Part shown: positions 34,043 through 47,168 of the stretch, piece by piece
Numbering within the stretch: the first letter of the stretch is position 1
Layout: each line of letters begins with the position of its first letter
Source: Azolla caroliniana
Taxonomy: Eukaryota; Plantae; Polypodiophyta
Assembly: GCA_043228905.1 (NCBI GenBank)
Contig: JBHGNT010000022.1
Location: 8,680,001-8,744,000, forward strand
Length of the DNA stretch: 64,000 nucleotides
Direction of reading: 5' to 3'
Program-made: the position numbers and the translations under genes
Notes under the pieces: model-generated
The model's database searches: none
Seen by the model: only the letters and a program-made list of their open reading frames with translations
Told to the model about the DNA's origin: nothing

Positions 34043-37000
34043 ACGTCCTTGTAAACGATTACTTGCGGAAGCGTTAGAAAAACAGAGAAATTAGGGAATA
34101 CACAGAGTACCCGGGAGAGACAGAGAGAACAGAACCTCAAAGCTATATTCAAAAATATATAAAACACTCTGTACATACAACTATGCTCAGTAGCATTATT
34201 TATACAAGTCCTCGTGGGACTGACAGAAGTACCGCGTACTTCAATCCTCACACGAGCATCTGACACTTACTACAAGACTATAATTGCCTAGTAGTCTACA
34301 TTAATACTAGGCTTCCGGTTACTGATTGGATCCGGCAAACCGGCTCCCTAGCTCACCGACTTTGTTGCTTGTCGGCTCAGTCGCTCACAGCTTACCGATC
34401 CGTCTCGCTTGCCGGCTCAGGCTTATTCAGCCGATCCTGCTCCAGTTGAGCTTGCCGCTCAACACTCCCCCTCAAGCTCAACTTGAGGTTGGATCCTGGT
34501 GTTAGTCTCTGTGGCAGTCGGTTCTTCCAACCAACTTCTCCTGGCATCACTCCGCCTTGCTCACGCTCCTCGTCCGGTCTGGTTCTGTTTGTCACGACCC
34601 CTCTTGTTCTGCGCGCCTTGACCTTCTCGGTCGGTATGTCTGCTCAATAGGCCCCTCTCAACTCCTTCGCTGCTATGACTCCGGCGCTTGCCGATCCGTC
34701 GGTTCCTCCGCAATGGCATCGACTTCCGCTGCATCCGTGTCTACTTGGCCTTGAATTGATCCAATTCTTCCGAATCTGTCTTTTGAACCGAATCGATTGT
34801 CTCTAATTCGTTCTAGCTCTTGTCCGAATCGGTTGCTCCCAATTCGTCTTTTAGTTCCAAGCCCTTCACCACATCGGACCATGTCCGGGTCTTGGCCTTC
34901 TTCCTTCGGTTGGCTCTGTCCTTCTTGACTCTACCGCCTTCTGTTCTTCCCCCACCAGCGCAATCGGCAGTCTCTTTGCCTTTGCCCGTTCCGGTGTTTT
35001 TGCCCGTTCTCACTCTCAAGTGTGGCACGTCGAGATGTTAAACACCAAGCATGTTGGTGAAGTGTTGCAACTTGTCTGATCCAAGTGGTTTGGTGAAGAT
35101 GTCGGCAACTTGCCGATCCATGTGAACATACCAAAGTTCAACCTCACCACTCAGGACACGCTTGTTGGGATTTCGGTCCCTCCGGATGGGATGTCCGGAG
35201 ATGAATGACGGCAAGCCCGGTTGCGGTTACGGAGCCGGATGATGAAGACCCCGGTTACGGAGCCGGATGATGAAGACCCCGGCTACGGAGCCGGATGATG
35301 AAGACCCCGGTTACGGAGCCGGATGACGAATGTACCCGGAGAGAGATCCGGATGCGGAGACATATTTGTGAATATGTTTGCCAAGAGCCCTTGAGGCTAT
35401 ATTTGTAAATAGCCCGAAAGTCATATGTGTATAAATATGACTTAGGGCAAACAGTTTTACTGTTGCTTCTCATTTTTTCTGTTTTTTCCACTTTAGAGGA
35501 GTGAAGAGAGAGCAGCCGTGAGAGAGAGATAGAGCGCGAGAGACGAAGAGGTAGACGCCTCTGTGTATTTCCGCCGCCTGTGGCGAGGACAGCGAGCTCA
35601 AGGTCGTCGCCTTGCAGCTCGCCATTGTATACTTCTCTGTATAGTGTTGGTTTGGAGTCTTGTACTCCCGTGGTTTTTCCCGTCTAGGGTTTTCCACGTT
35701 AATCCCTGTGTACTCGCGTTTTGTTTCTCCGTGTGGTTCCTATTTTCTGCTCCATCGATTCGCGCTTACTCGGTTGTGGCCGAGTGAAGAAGGTAAATAG
35801 AAGGGTCTATTCCTTACAACGCTCACGCACGAAGTGATAGTGCACTTCTATGTGCTTTGTGCGAGCATGGAATACGGGGTTCTTGGCGAGTTGCATGTTG
35901 CTTATGTTGTCGCAGTAGACCAGAATCGGGGTCGGTACCTCGATCCGTAGGTCTTGTAGTAGTCACCGAAGCCAAATGGCATCACAGGTGGCAACGGTAG
36001 CGCCCTGATACTCAGCCTCAGTGCTCGACAGAGCAACTGTTGGCTGCTTTTTGCTTCTCCACGCAACAACCGCGCTACCTAGGCAAAACATGTAACTAGA
36101 GGTCAATCGACGATCTGATGCATCGTTGGCCCAGTCGGCATCCATGTAACCGACGAGCTCTTCGGGTATACCGTGCCGGTACAACAGTCCCCGGTCCTTC
36201 GTGCCGCTGACATACCGCAATATCCTTTGCGCGCACTAAAGGTGCTCCACAGTCGGCTTCTGCATGAACTAACTTATCATTCCGACCGGATAGTTGATGT
36301 CGGGTCGTGTGATAGTCAAGTAAATAAGGCTTCTGACAATCTGTCGGAACCGTTGCTCGTTGCAGGCCGGTCCGGAGTTGGGACGAAGCTTCTAGTTCCG
36401 GTCCAAGGGTGTGGAGACAAGTCAGCATTCTGTCATGCCGAACTTGTACAACATATTCAAGATGTAATGCCGTTGTGAGAGCAATATGCCGACCGGGGTT
36501 CGGATCACCTCGATCCCTAGAAAATAATGAAGGTCCTCCAGATCCTTCATCTCAAATGCGTCCGACAACTGGGACTTGACGCGGTTGATTTCTGGAACTC
36601 CTGGTCCGGTGATGACTAGATCATCAACATACACCAGTATTCATACCAGACCGGCTGAGCCTTGCCGGATGAACAATGAAGAGTCCAATTTGGAGACCAC
36701 AAACCCCATCTTACGCAACCAGTGCGTGATCTTCGCATTCCAAGCTCGAGGGGCTTGCTTCAGGCCGTACAATGACTTCTTTAGCTGGCATACCGCCAAC
36801 TTGTTCATCTCTGATTCAAAGCCGGGGGGCTGAGTCATTAAGACTTCTTCTTCAAGATCACCCTAAAGAAACGCATTCTTCACATCCATCTGATGAAGAT
36901 GCCACCCCCTTGCCGCAGCAACCACCAACACCACTCGAACCGTCGTCATCTTCGCTACAGGAGCGAAGGTCTCGTCGTAGTCGATTCCGTGGGTTTGCGC

Positions 37001-40000
37001 ATATCCCTTCGTCACTAACCAGGCTTTATACCGGTTAACAGAACCGTCGGCGTTGTACTTTACGTTGTATATCCACTTGCATCCGATCGGTTTACAGTGA
37101 CGAGGAGGGTCAACCAGTTCCCATGTCTCGTTGACATCAAGTGCCCGCATTTCTTCCTCCATAGCGGCACGTCAATTTGCGTCCTTGGCTGCTTCTGCGT
37201 AGCTCTCTGGCTCACGCACTTCCGCCACCTTAGTCATGTACGCATAGTGACGCGTCATGTACTCATTGTACCCGTACCGCTTGACGGGATCCTTCTTGCG
37301 GGTGGACCGACGTAACTCACTATTACCCGGTTTGAGGCCCTTCTTGGCCGGTTCGGTCTTCGTTGCCGAAGATCCGCCTTTCTCCTTGCCAAAGTCGGAT
37401 GCACACTGATCCGACTCATCGTTGTCGGTTTCGAATTCCGACATCTTCTTCTTCCCCTTCTCTTTGCGCGTGAACCGTCGCCTCGGTTCCTTGTGCGGGG
37501 AGTGCACGGCAGAGTCTCCACTACTCGTTGGTTCCTCATCAGACTGGTCAGATTGACTCAGTCTCTCGTTTGGCCCGATCAACCGGAACGATTTCGGACT
37601 CTCATCCTGAGTCCATGCTTCATCATCCTCTACCTGGGCCGGTTCAGGCTCACTAGCCTCATCCACCGGCACCGGGTTGGATTCGGAAGTCGGAGCCGGT
37701 AAGGAGTACCACGATGCCGAGTCATCAAACTTGACATCTCAACTAACTCGGACCTACCTTGTCCAGGGGTTATAACACTTATAACCCTTCTGCTCTTGAG
37801 CATAGCCGATTAGGATGCATTTTTCCGATTTTGCATCCAGCTTCCTCTGCTTCTCTTCCGGTACATGCACATATGCAATGCTACTGAAGATCTTAAGGTT
37901 TCTCAAATTCGGCTTGTGTCTGAAATACAGCTCGTGAGCTGACACCTTGTCACCGATCCGGTTCTGGATGTAGACAGCCATTCGGACTGCCTTCGCCCAA
38001 TAGAATTTGGGCATGCTCTTCTCCTCCAGCATTGCCCTCACTGCATCAATAAGTGAGCAGTTCTTCCTCTCGGCAACACTGTTATGTTGCGGTGTATATC
38101 TGCAGCTGAACTCTCACCGAATTCCCGTTTGCTGCAGATAACTATTGAATTGGCCAGAAAAGTATTCTTTCCCGCCATCCGACCGCAGGCATTTGATCTT
38201 CCTCTCTGATTCCCGTTCCACCATGCTTTGGAGACTCCGAAAACACTCGAAGACTTCACTCTTCCGCTCAATGAGGTAGATCCATGTGTGCCGCGTATAG
38301 TCGTTGATGAAGGAGACGAAATATCGACTCCCGCCAAGACTAACATTCTGTGTTGTTCCCCACACATCCGAATGGATAAGGTCGAGCTTGTTATGGCTCT
38401 GGTTACGTTCGGTGGGGAATGGAAGCTGGTGTTGGTTCCCAAGTTGGCAGGCTTCACATACTTGGGCCTTCCGGCCGCTAAACTTCAGCAAACCAAAAAC
38501 AACTTGTTTCGTTTGTAGGTCTTGAAGCCTCCGGTAATTGACGTGGCCTATCCGCTTGTGCCACAGGTCGATGTCCGATTCGACCTTCTGTCCTTTTGCA
38601 AACAGAGCAGTGCCGACGTCATTGGTGTCGAGGATAAACATCCTCCCGTCTCTGCGCCCTAGCGCAATAATCTGGCCCTCTTCCTCGATGAAGCACCCGA
38701 GGTGCGTAAATTGCACCTGCATCCCTTGGTCAACGATCTATCCGACCGACACCAGGTTCTTCGTGATCGTCAGAACGTGTAATACGTTCATTAGCTTCCC
38801 CTTCTGTCCGACGTGGCTCAAAGGGACTTCTCCGACGTGCATAATTGGGTGAGGAGTGTCGTCTCTGGTTTCGACTACTCCTGGTTGATCCGGTTTCTCC
38901 AAAAAGGAGAACCACTCTTTGTGGTTCGTCATGTGGTTCGACGCACCGGAATCAACATACCACACTTCCTCCGATTTGGAAGTGGTCATCTTCATCGAGT
39001 TCGCCTCGTGCTTCATCACCAAGGCTGGCCCGTTACCGTTCTTGGATCCTCCCGATCCCTTCGCGCAGTGCGAGCTTTGCCGGCCATCCTTGTCGGCCTT
39101 GCCGGACCCGGATTTGTCCGAATCGGCGCGTTTTCTCCAGCACTCGTTTTCTCTGTGGCCCTTTTTTCCACAGTACCAGCATTCCGTTGCAGATTTGTCT
39201 TGCCAGCCTCCGGCACCACCTTGACTCCCCCTGCCTGTGGAAGTCCCGGAACTGTTGTCGGCACGTTCTCTGTGCCTTCGTTCTTGCTCTTGTCGGCCGC
39301 CTCCATAGCGTCCACCACGCCCACGGGACCGATCCGCCTCCGTGTACAGCATCCGGCTGTCAGTGGGTGCGCTAGTTGACGCATCGGCGTGGTTCTCCTC
39401 TACAAGGAGCATCGACTATAACTCGAAAAATGATGGCGTATTCTCCCTTGTACACACCGTCATTCAAAACGTGCATTCGATCGAGCTTTGTCAGTTCAGA
39501 CCGGAACGGAAGCTCCCCCTTCTTCTGAAGGTTCCTTGATGGCTTCCGTCTTGATGCCGAAATTGCAAGTTGTTTTCATAAATCGGGCCATCTCCGCCAC
39601 ATCCTTGGCCGAATCGGCCTCTTCTTGCACGGTCGCATCCTCTTCCTCCGTCCGAATGCGTGTAGAGCATATGGCCTTCCGAGGCGTTGTTCCTTGTTCG
39701 AACATGATCCTCTTCAACCAACAACATGGATTGAAGATTGAAGAAGGAGGGCAGATTCTCCCGTGCTAGTACGGCGGTCCGCATCGCGCCGAATCATGGT
39801 GCAAGGCCGTCGAGGCATATTTGCACCATCTCATCATCATCCACATTGATGCTTATCGAGCCGAGCGAGTCGCAAAGCTCCTTGATCTTCAAGGTGTAGC
39901 TTGTAATGGACATATCCCGTTGTTGAATGTTATTCAACTCTTGGCGGAGTTGAAGCTTTCTCGCAGTTGTGTTGGCGGCGAAAATCTTTTGTAGATTCTC

Positions 40001-40899
40001 CCATGCTTCTTTCGGTGTCTCGGCTTCTCAAATGTAGTCGAGCATGTGGTCGTGAACACATGTCGCCAAGCAATACATCACTCGGCTTGCCGCTTGCTCC
40101 CACGTTGCATAGTCGGTGTCTTTCGACTTGGGTCAGTTTTCTTGTGCTCCCTTGATATAACCCCAATAGCCTTGGCCGATAAGGTATTGGTGCATCTTCT
40201 ACTCCCAAGATGTGAAGTTGTTTCGTTCCAACTTCTCGCTAGGGAGAGCGCTCCCCATTTGAGTATTCATTGTCGATTAAGCTTCCTTTCTTCTTTTCCT
40301 TCTCTCTCGAACATGAGCTATGTAGTGGTACTACGATAGCGATGAGCCGGTTCTTCTTGAACGTCGGCGTAGAGCACAACACACGATCACGATGAGGCGA
40401 GTGGGCTAGATCAAGCTACCAAATCGCTCTGATACCATGTAAAGAATCAATGGTGATTCTTGTGTAGCGGAATAGATGTGTGTTATGTGCGTATATGTGT
40501 GAGTGAAGAAGAGTGGAGAGAAAAGAGAACTCAAGATAGATCAATGATAGGAAAATAGAATACTCAAGAAGGTGTATATTTCACAAGTAGGATGAGATTT
40601 ACAAAATGTAGCATAACAAGGAGTCACAACCGACTTAGTATGAAGTATGAGGAGGGTGCTTTATATAGAGTCACCCTCTCTCTTCATTAACTTTACACCA
40701 ACCACTCTCTCTCTTGGGGAATGTGAAGACTCATAGTCATGGGGAATATGTAACTCATTAGTTATGTGTCATAGAATATGATTCTATGACACATAGTTAA
40801 TGTGTAGAGAGTAGTGGTGTGACTCTTGACTTTTGAGTAATCATGGATTCTCAAAAGGTGTGTTCACACGTTGTGCTATGTTGAGCTTGATTCTCAACA
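34043..40899 (-). mobile_element. Ty1/Copia element J, degenerate and chimeric
   Basis: 5' LTR 40438-40899; PBS-Met 40426-40437; gag (CWYCGKKGHRENEC), WYVDSGAS, GAG-pre-integrase, INT, RT (YVDD), RH; PPT 34465-34476; 3' LTR 34464 to about 34043. Confidence 0.88.
35163..35818 (+). repeat. Solo LTR K (656 bp) inserted in the RNaseH of J, with a 28-bp minisatellite
   Basis: TG...CA ends; 5-bp TSD ACGCT; GGTTACGGAGCCGGATGATGAAGACCCC x~3.8 at 35225-35330. Confidence 0.9.
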
Positions 40900-40908
40900 A
40901 CAAAACGG

Positions 40909-41524
40909 TGTCGCGAAGATTCGCGCATGCGTGTGCTACTCGAGCGACCATCGGGGTCTTGGACTGGGGAGGACGTTCGCGGAATTATCGAAGAGATGAA
41001 AATCAATGTAAGATTGGATGAAATTTGTTCACTTGAGAAGAAGAAAGATTGTACACTTGAGAAGTAGAAAAATATGAAGAAGATAAAGACGAATATAATT
41101 ATATTGATGTTAGTGGTGTTGGTGATATCACATATTGAGCCCCCCTTTACAAAAGCTCCATTAGGGTTTTTATAGCTCTCCTCATGCACAAAACCATGGG
41201 TTTAGAACCATGGTTTTGGGGACACGGTTTTTCTTATGACATGCACAATCCATGGGTTTAGAACCATGGTTTTGTGCACATGGTTTTCTATGGTTGTTTC
41301 GTCTATAATTCGTATATGAAAAGGAAATACATAAAATCTACACTATATGATAGTTGTCCTAGTGATAAGGCAAGTGCAAGGTTCAAACCTTGCTTGCACC
41401 CCTCTATATGAACTCAAGTGCCACTAGGCCTTAGGCTTATTTGCTAAGTGTATGTGCAATGTTGTACATCCTTGGTTTATTCGTCTCACTCGGTTTCACA
41501 CCGTAGCCGAAAATCGTCACGACA
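40909..41524 (-). repeat. Solo LTR, TGTCG family (divergent)
   Basis: TGTCG...CGACA ends; flanks ACGG (40905-40908) and ATGG (41525-41528); U5 motif CCTCCCCAGTCCAAGACC on minus resembles family LTRs; internal ~56-bp repeat at 41192-41290. Confidence 0.75.
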
Positions 41525-44500
41525 ATGGCTCCCCTTGCAAACATCATCACGTATTCGGTATCTGCATCAACTGACATGTTGAAATCCGTGAACCCTTCCA
41601 ACACGGGATTACCTCAACCGAATCAGAGACATACACAAGAGGTGCCTTCTAGAATTTATTTAGCCGGACCCATATCCTTCATTGCAAAGAACTTTCCTAA
41701 AGCCTTCTTCAGGCTTGCTATCTTCTTCGTGTCCTGTCCAACTATCAACATTTCATCAACATATAATAGGAGGATGAGAAAGTCTCCTCCCTCATACTTC
41801 TTCACGAAGACATAGTGGTCAGATTGTGTTTTGTGGACCGCATGTTCCTTCATGAAGGGTGTTTTCTTTAATCCGTATAAGCTCTTCCTCAACCAACATA
41901 CTAGGTTTTCCTTGTCTTTCTTTTCAAATCCTTCTGGCTACCCCATGTAGATTTCTTGCTCTAAATCTCCATGCAGGAAAGCCATTTTGACATCCATTTG
42001 TTTGATATCTAAGTCCATGCTAGCCGCAATGCTCAGCACCATCCATATGGATGTCATCTTCACTACTGGTATTTCATTGAAATCCACACCCTTCTTTTGT
42101 TGAAATCCTTTCACCACAATTCAGGCTGTGTATCTAGGTGGATTGCCTCCTTCTCCTGGCTTCAATTTGTATACATATTCTCTTTCCAGAAATCTCCGGG
42201 GGGGCCTTTTGTCTTTCAAAGGGTATCTTCTGCCTTCATTTGTAGTAGTCGGCTCCTGTTCGACCTCTTCAACCAAGACTTCATTTGAATCAGATTTGGA
42301 TCCTTGTTTAGCCAATTGTCTTCTTCCAACTGGCTCTCCTTGTGTACCTATCGAAAATGTTGTCTCAGTTGACCCCCAATGTTCCTCAATTAGCTTTTGA
42401 CTTTGCCAGCTATCTACTTGGTTGACTAGTTCGCATCCAATTTCGGTGGGATCAACTTGAGTTCGATTAGGCTGACCAACAACTCGGCTCGAATCATCCG
42501 AGCTAGATTTGGCTGTGGTAGTTGGAGGCATGTTTTCAGTTGATTCGGAGGTTGATCCCATTTTCTCCATCTCTCAGTTGGCAATCCTCTTTTCTTCCAT
42601 AAAGAAGATATATTGGCTTTGAATCACCTTCTTGTCGATTAAGTTCCACAATCGATAGTCAAATTCGTCTTCAGAATAGCTTAGAAATCTGCACAGTCAA
42701 CTCTTGGGATCAAGTTTGCACCTTTGGTCCTTAGCTACATGTACGTACGCTAAGCAATCGAACACCTTCAGATGTCGGTATGCCACCTCTTTGCCAAACC
42801 ACACCCTTTGTGGTATATCACCTTCCAGTGGTACCAAGGGAAACCTATTTATAATATAAACCACCATTATCAATGCCTCGACGCAATACATCTTTGACAA
42901 TTTTGCATGAACCAACATGCATCGCAATTTTTCCATGATTCTCGGGTTCATTCTTGGGACCAATCCATTTAGTGAAGAGAAATGCACAGAATATCGTTCG
43001 GCCACAACCGAGTAGTAAATCACTTCTATAAGAATCAAACACAGAAATGGGAAGTGGAGAGTACACAAGAAAATGACACTGGATGTTTACATGGAAAACC
43101 CTAATTGGGAAAAACCACGGGAGCCCACAGTCTCCGAACTATCACTATGAAGAGAAGGGGTACAATTAGAGACTCAGAGGCAATGACCTCCAGCTCTGTT
43201 TCTTCACATAGTGGTGGTTACAACAGAGTATCACTCTGTATCTCTTTCCCTCTCTCTCTCTCTCTTTGTACAACAGTTACAACAATTTGACAACAACACA
43301 ATCACACTAAAGTGATTGCCCTAAGTCATATTTATAGTTATATGAACTTAGTGCTATTTACAAATATAACCTCAATGGGCTTATTGAAGACATATTTACA
43401 AATATGTCTTCTCTTTCAGTTCTCACCGGGTCCATAGGTTCAGTTTCCAGGTAGTCGACACATTTGTTCATATGCACATTTTTCATATCTAGTAGGAGAT
43501 CTTTCTCAATCAACATCTGCATCCCCTTTTGATTCATATGGCACAACCTCTTGTGCCACAACTTGCCGGTTGTGTCTGCGGCCATGTTTACCTGGTTTCA
43601 GCACAATTGTGCATGCAATACATACAATGTATTTTGCTTCTTGGCCCGTGCCACAATCAAGTTCCCCTTGCAAAATTTTCAGATTCCATTTTGGAAGCTA
43701 CCATTATAGCCCTCATCCTCTAGCCGTCTGGTTGATATTAGATTTAGCCTGATATTCGGTACATGGCATACGTCCTTGAGCACCATTCTGCAACGTGTCG
43801 ATGTCAACAAACATACATTGCCGATTCCCACAATCATGCATGCATTATCATTTCCCATCTTTACGTAGCCGTAATCGCTGGGTGTGTAGGATGAGAAGCT
43901 CTCTTTGTTGGGGGTCAAGTGAAATGAGGCACCGAAATCGACCACCCATGTTGATTCTTTGTTGGCGAGGTTTACATCATTTTGTTCACTAATCAACAAT
44001 AGTTCCTCCTCACTCGTGGTGATGGCTGAGGTGGTCTTGTTGTCCGAAATCTTTTTCGGCTCGCCACCATCAGCTCCCCCTTTGTCCTTCCCGTAATGTC
44101 GATAATGTTATGGATGTGCCTCAACTTCCCACAGTAGAAGCATGTGAGTCTTCCCTTCGACTCTGACCTCGGCCTGAACCTTTCCTTGTTCTATGGACTT
44201 CTCTATTTTCCCTTTCCTTTGTTGGAGTCACCTTCTATGACTAGGGCCTTAGGGTCAGAGATGAACTCTCTATCCTTTCAATGAGCTTCTTGATTCAGCA
44301 AGCTCGACTTCACCATCTCCAAGGATAGTCGATTCCCTTGCAGTTCCCCGTTACCCAAGGTTACCACGAGTGTCTCCTCGCTGTCCAAAAGGGATCCCAG
44401 CAACAACAATGCTAGTACCTCGTCAGACAAAGATACTTCTAGAGAGGTGGTCTGATTTATCATTCCTTGGAAGGCATTCAGGTGCTTAGCCATGCTTGAG

Positions 44501-44637
44501 CCATCCTGATATCTCAGTCTCACAATCTTCCTGAAGACGGAGACTCTTTTTACAGCGTTCTTGTTATCGAACATGAACCCAATCTTCTTCCATATCACAT
44601 CAACGTTTGTCTCTTCATTAAAGTTGTTGTATAGGCT
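41525..44637 (-). mobile_element. Ty1/Copia internal fragment L (Tnt1/Tork-like), heavily degenerate
   Basis: gag (LALLLLGSL), WVVDFGASFHLT, LWHKRLCHM, INT end, RT (MDVKMAFLHGDLE, LLYVDEM); several deletions. Confidence 0.82.
42973..43445 (-). repeat. Truncated LTR related to solo LTR K
   Basis: Reverse complement shares CGTGGTTTTTCCC..TAGGGTTTTCCA and ACTCGGTTGTGGCCGA with 35660-35785; right boundary approximate. Confidence 0.7.
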
Positions 44638-45832
44638 TGTTGAGTGAGAAGCTCAACATGGGCCGGATCAGCGGAAGAAGCGAAGAGCCGGATCAGATGA
44701 AGACCGATCGGCTAGGCCTGAATTGGTTGAAGAAACCAAGAGTCGGATCGGATCAGGTCGTTAGGGGCCTATATTCCTATTTTAATAAATAAGAATATTA
44801 TAGGTTGTTAGTGTCAGATGCTCATTTAATGAGCATTCAAGTACTTGTCAGCCCACTCATCTGGGCTTGTATAAATAGTGGTCTATGAGCACATTGTAGG
44901 TAGTTGAGCACTGAGTATTTTTCTGTAATAGAATTTGTTTTGTTCTCTACTCTCACTTAGTCTCCCTCTCCCTCTTATACTCTGTGTTCTTTGTTAACGA
45001 ACTGTTCATCTTCCGGATAACCGACCGACTATCGGTTCACAAGCTTCTGCAAATTGTAAATCTTTTCATGGTATCAAAGTGTGAGTGTTGAGAAACATCC
45101 TTTGTAGACTATGTAGCTTTTTGTCACAAGTCAATAGTAGAGTTCCGAAAAGGAGAAGAACACCACTTGCTCGGGCGTGGCTACTGGAGCTACATCCAAG
45201 GAGAAAATGAAGTAGCACTAGAATCGACACACAATGATTTTCTGGTTTGGGAGCAAGGAGCAAGTAGAGTCTTGTACTATCTTGCATCTTTTGTGCATGA
45301 TCAAATGTTGAGCTACATCCGGCATGCAAAGACCCTGAAGCAGGTATGGGAAAATCTGAAGGAGATTTTCGCCGTAAGTACCACGGCCCGGAAGTTGCTG
45401 AAGTAGACATGGGAAAATCTAAAGGAGATATGTGATGCCTTAGGGTCCATCAATGTGTCGGTGGACGAGGAAGAGATCGTATAAATCTGCCTTGAAGGTC
45501 TAGCTCCGAGGGCCGATTCGGACAGTTATTTGCACAAGGGAGAAATCATCGTCGTTCTTCAATCTGCAATCATTATGGTCGAAGAAAACCACACAAGTGC
45601 ATCAAGAAGTGCGCAGTCGGACAACCAGATGTTGTACACGGAGGCACATAGGCCTCGTGGTTGTGGAGAACGTGGTGGATTGACGCGTAATGTTGGTAGT
45701 CAACAAGAGCAGAGGCAGAGGCACAAAGGAGGTGGCGACAACAGTGGACCCTCCACAAGTAGGGGGAGTCAGGGTGGTGTCGGGGGCAAGAAAAGCAAAG
45801 TCACCAACTACTAGTACTGTGGACGGAAGGGT
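44638..45832 (+). mobile_element. Ty1/Copia 5' fragment M (LTR 44638-45068, PBS-Met, degenerate gag)
   Basis: TGTTGAG..AAGCTCAAC start like the 3' LTR of J; TGGTATCAAAG; gag similar to J; truncated at the zinc knuckle. Confidence 0.82.
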
Positions 45833-47168
45833 GACAATTTCCTCATTGCCTCTGAATGTTCTTTAATCCATTCAAATGTTTCTCCTTTTCTTAGAAGTCT
45901 ATATAAGATAAATGGGCATAACGCAGAATCCATCGTTAGTAAAAAACATATACCCCTAGAAACCTTCGTACTTCTGAGGTGTATTTCCTCATACATATTT
46001 CGAATTGCATTAACCTTGGTTGGGGATGGATTTCTCCCATATGGGCCACACACATGACCAACTATTAATATCTCTTTTGCTCCAAATATTGACTCTGCCC
46101 CTAATAAGGTCAAATGCACTTCTTCGATCCTTGATAGTATCTTCTTACAATCCTTGATATGGTCAGCCACGAACTGTCAGCAACCATTTTCGTCCAATTT
46201 CTCATTCTTCTCTTCTTCTTTGCATCCCTTAATCAGAACATCATCTAGAAAATGCATTGTAATGTGAGGAATAAATCATGAAGTACCTTGTTCATTCCAT
46301 TCATCATATGCACCACTGAGTCGGTCGCCCTTGTGGTAGGGTACACATCCGTACTAACCCTATGGGTGTCTGATAGAAGTAATATCGCGACTTTTGATAG
46401 CAAGTTGAAACTTATCATACCCGCAATAAGGGTCTCCCATTGAATATATAGCTCTTCCTACAAACATCTCTACAAACTCATCAGCCCTATTCCCGAGTTT
46501 CAGATTGTTACCTTATTCACAAGTTGCATATCTTGAATAAATCGGAATCGCCCATCCTTCTTTAACACAGTGAACCATTGGCTTGAGTAAGGAGCGTTCG
46601 ATGGTTCCAAGATACCCATCCTTACCTTTTCTTTCAAAAGCTCTAAAAGTTGAGGGATTTTAGCCCTAGGCATGGGTATTGGCTTAAATTTCCATGGAAT
46701 ATGAGGGATAGTGAATATAACCATGGGTTCCACTATTTTTGGATGCACACACCCTATTTCCTCTGGTTGGAATGCGAACACTTTTCCATGCCTTTTTAAC
46801 ATCTCCCTAAACTGCTTTTTTTCAGCATGTAATAGGAAGTCACCTCCTCCTACTTTCATCCCTTGTATTGTTTCTGGAGTAAACACATGTCCCAGCTTTT
46901 GTGGGTCTCTAATCATTGACTCTGTGGCGGCTTCTTTAATTGTCATTTCACTATCCCCTATAAGTGGAGTAGCAACAGGAAGAACTTTCTTCTCCACAGT
47001 CTTGTACTTTGTCAAGACCCGTGCCTCATGATCTTTTTGAGAAACTTCTTGACTGACCTTGTACATCTTGATTGAATGGACAGGAACTTGAATTTCTCCC
47101 TCGTCCGCCATTGCTTCCAAATGAGTTATTGTATCTTCAAAACTGAATTCGTCAAAAATATCCTGAAC

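Noticed and set aside
34470-35030. Extra or env-like ORF between RNase H and PPT of Copia J (and 7630-7905 in A)
   Set aside because: Only short, broken ORFs with no transmembrane or conserved motif; cannot be supported.
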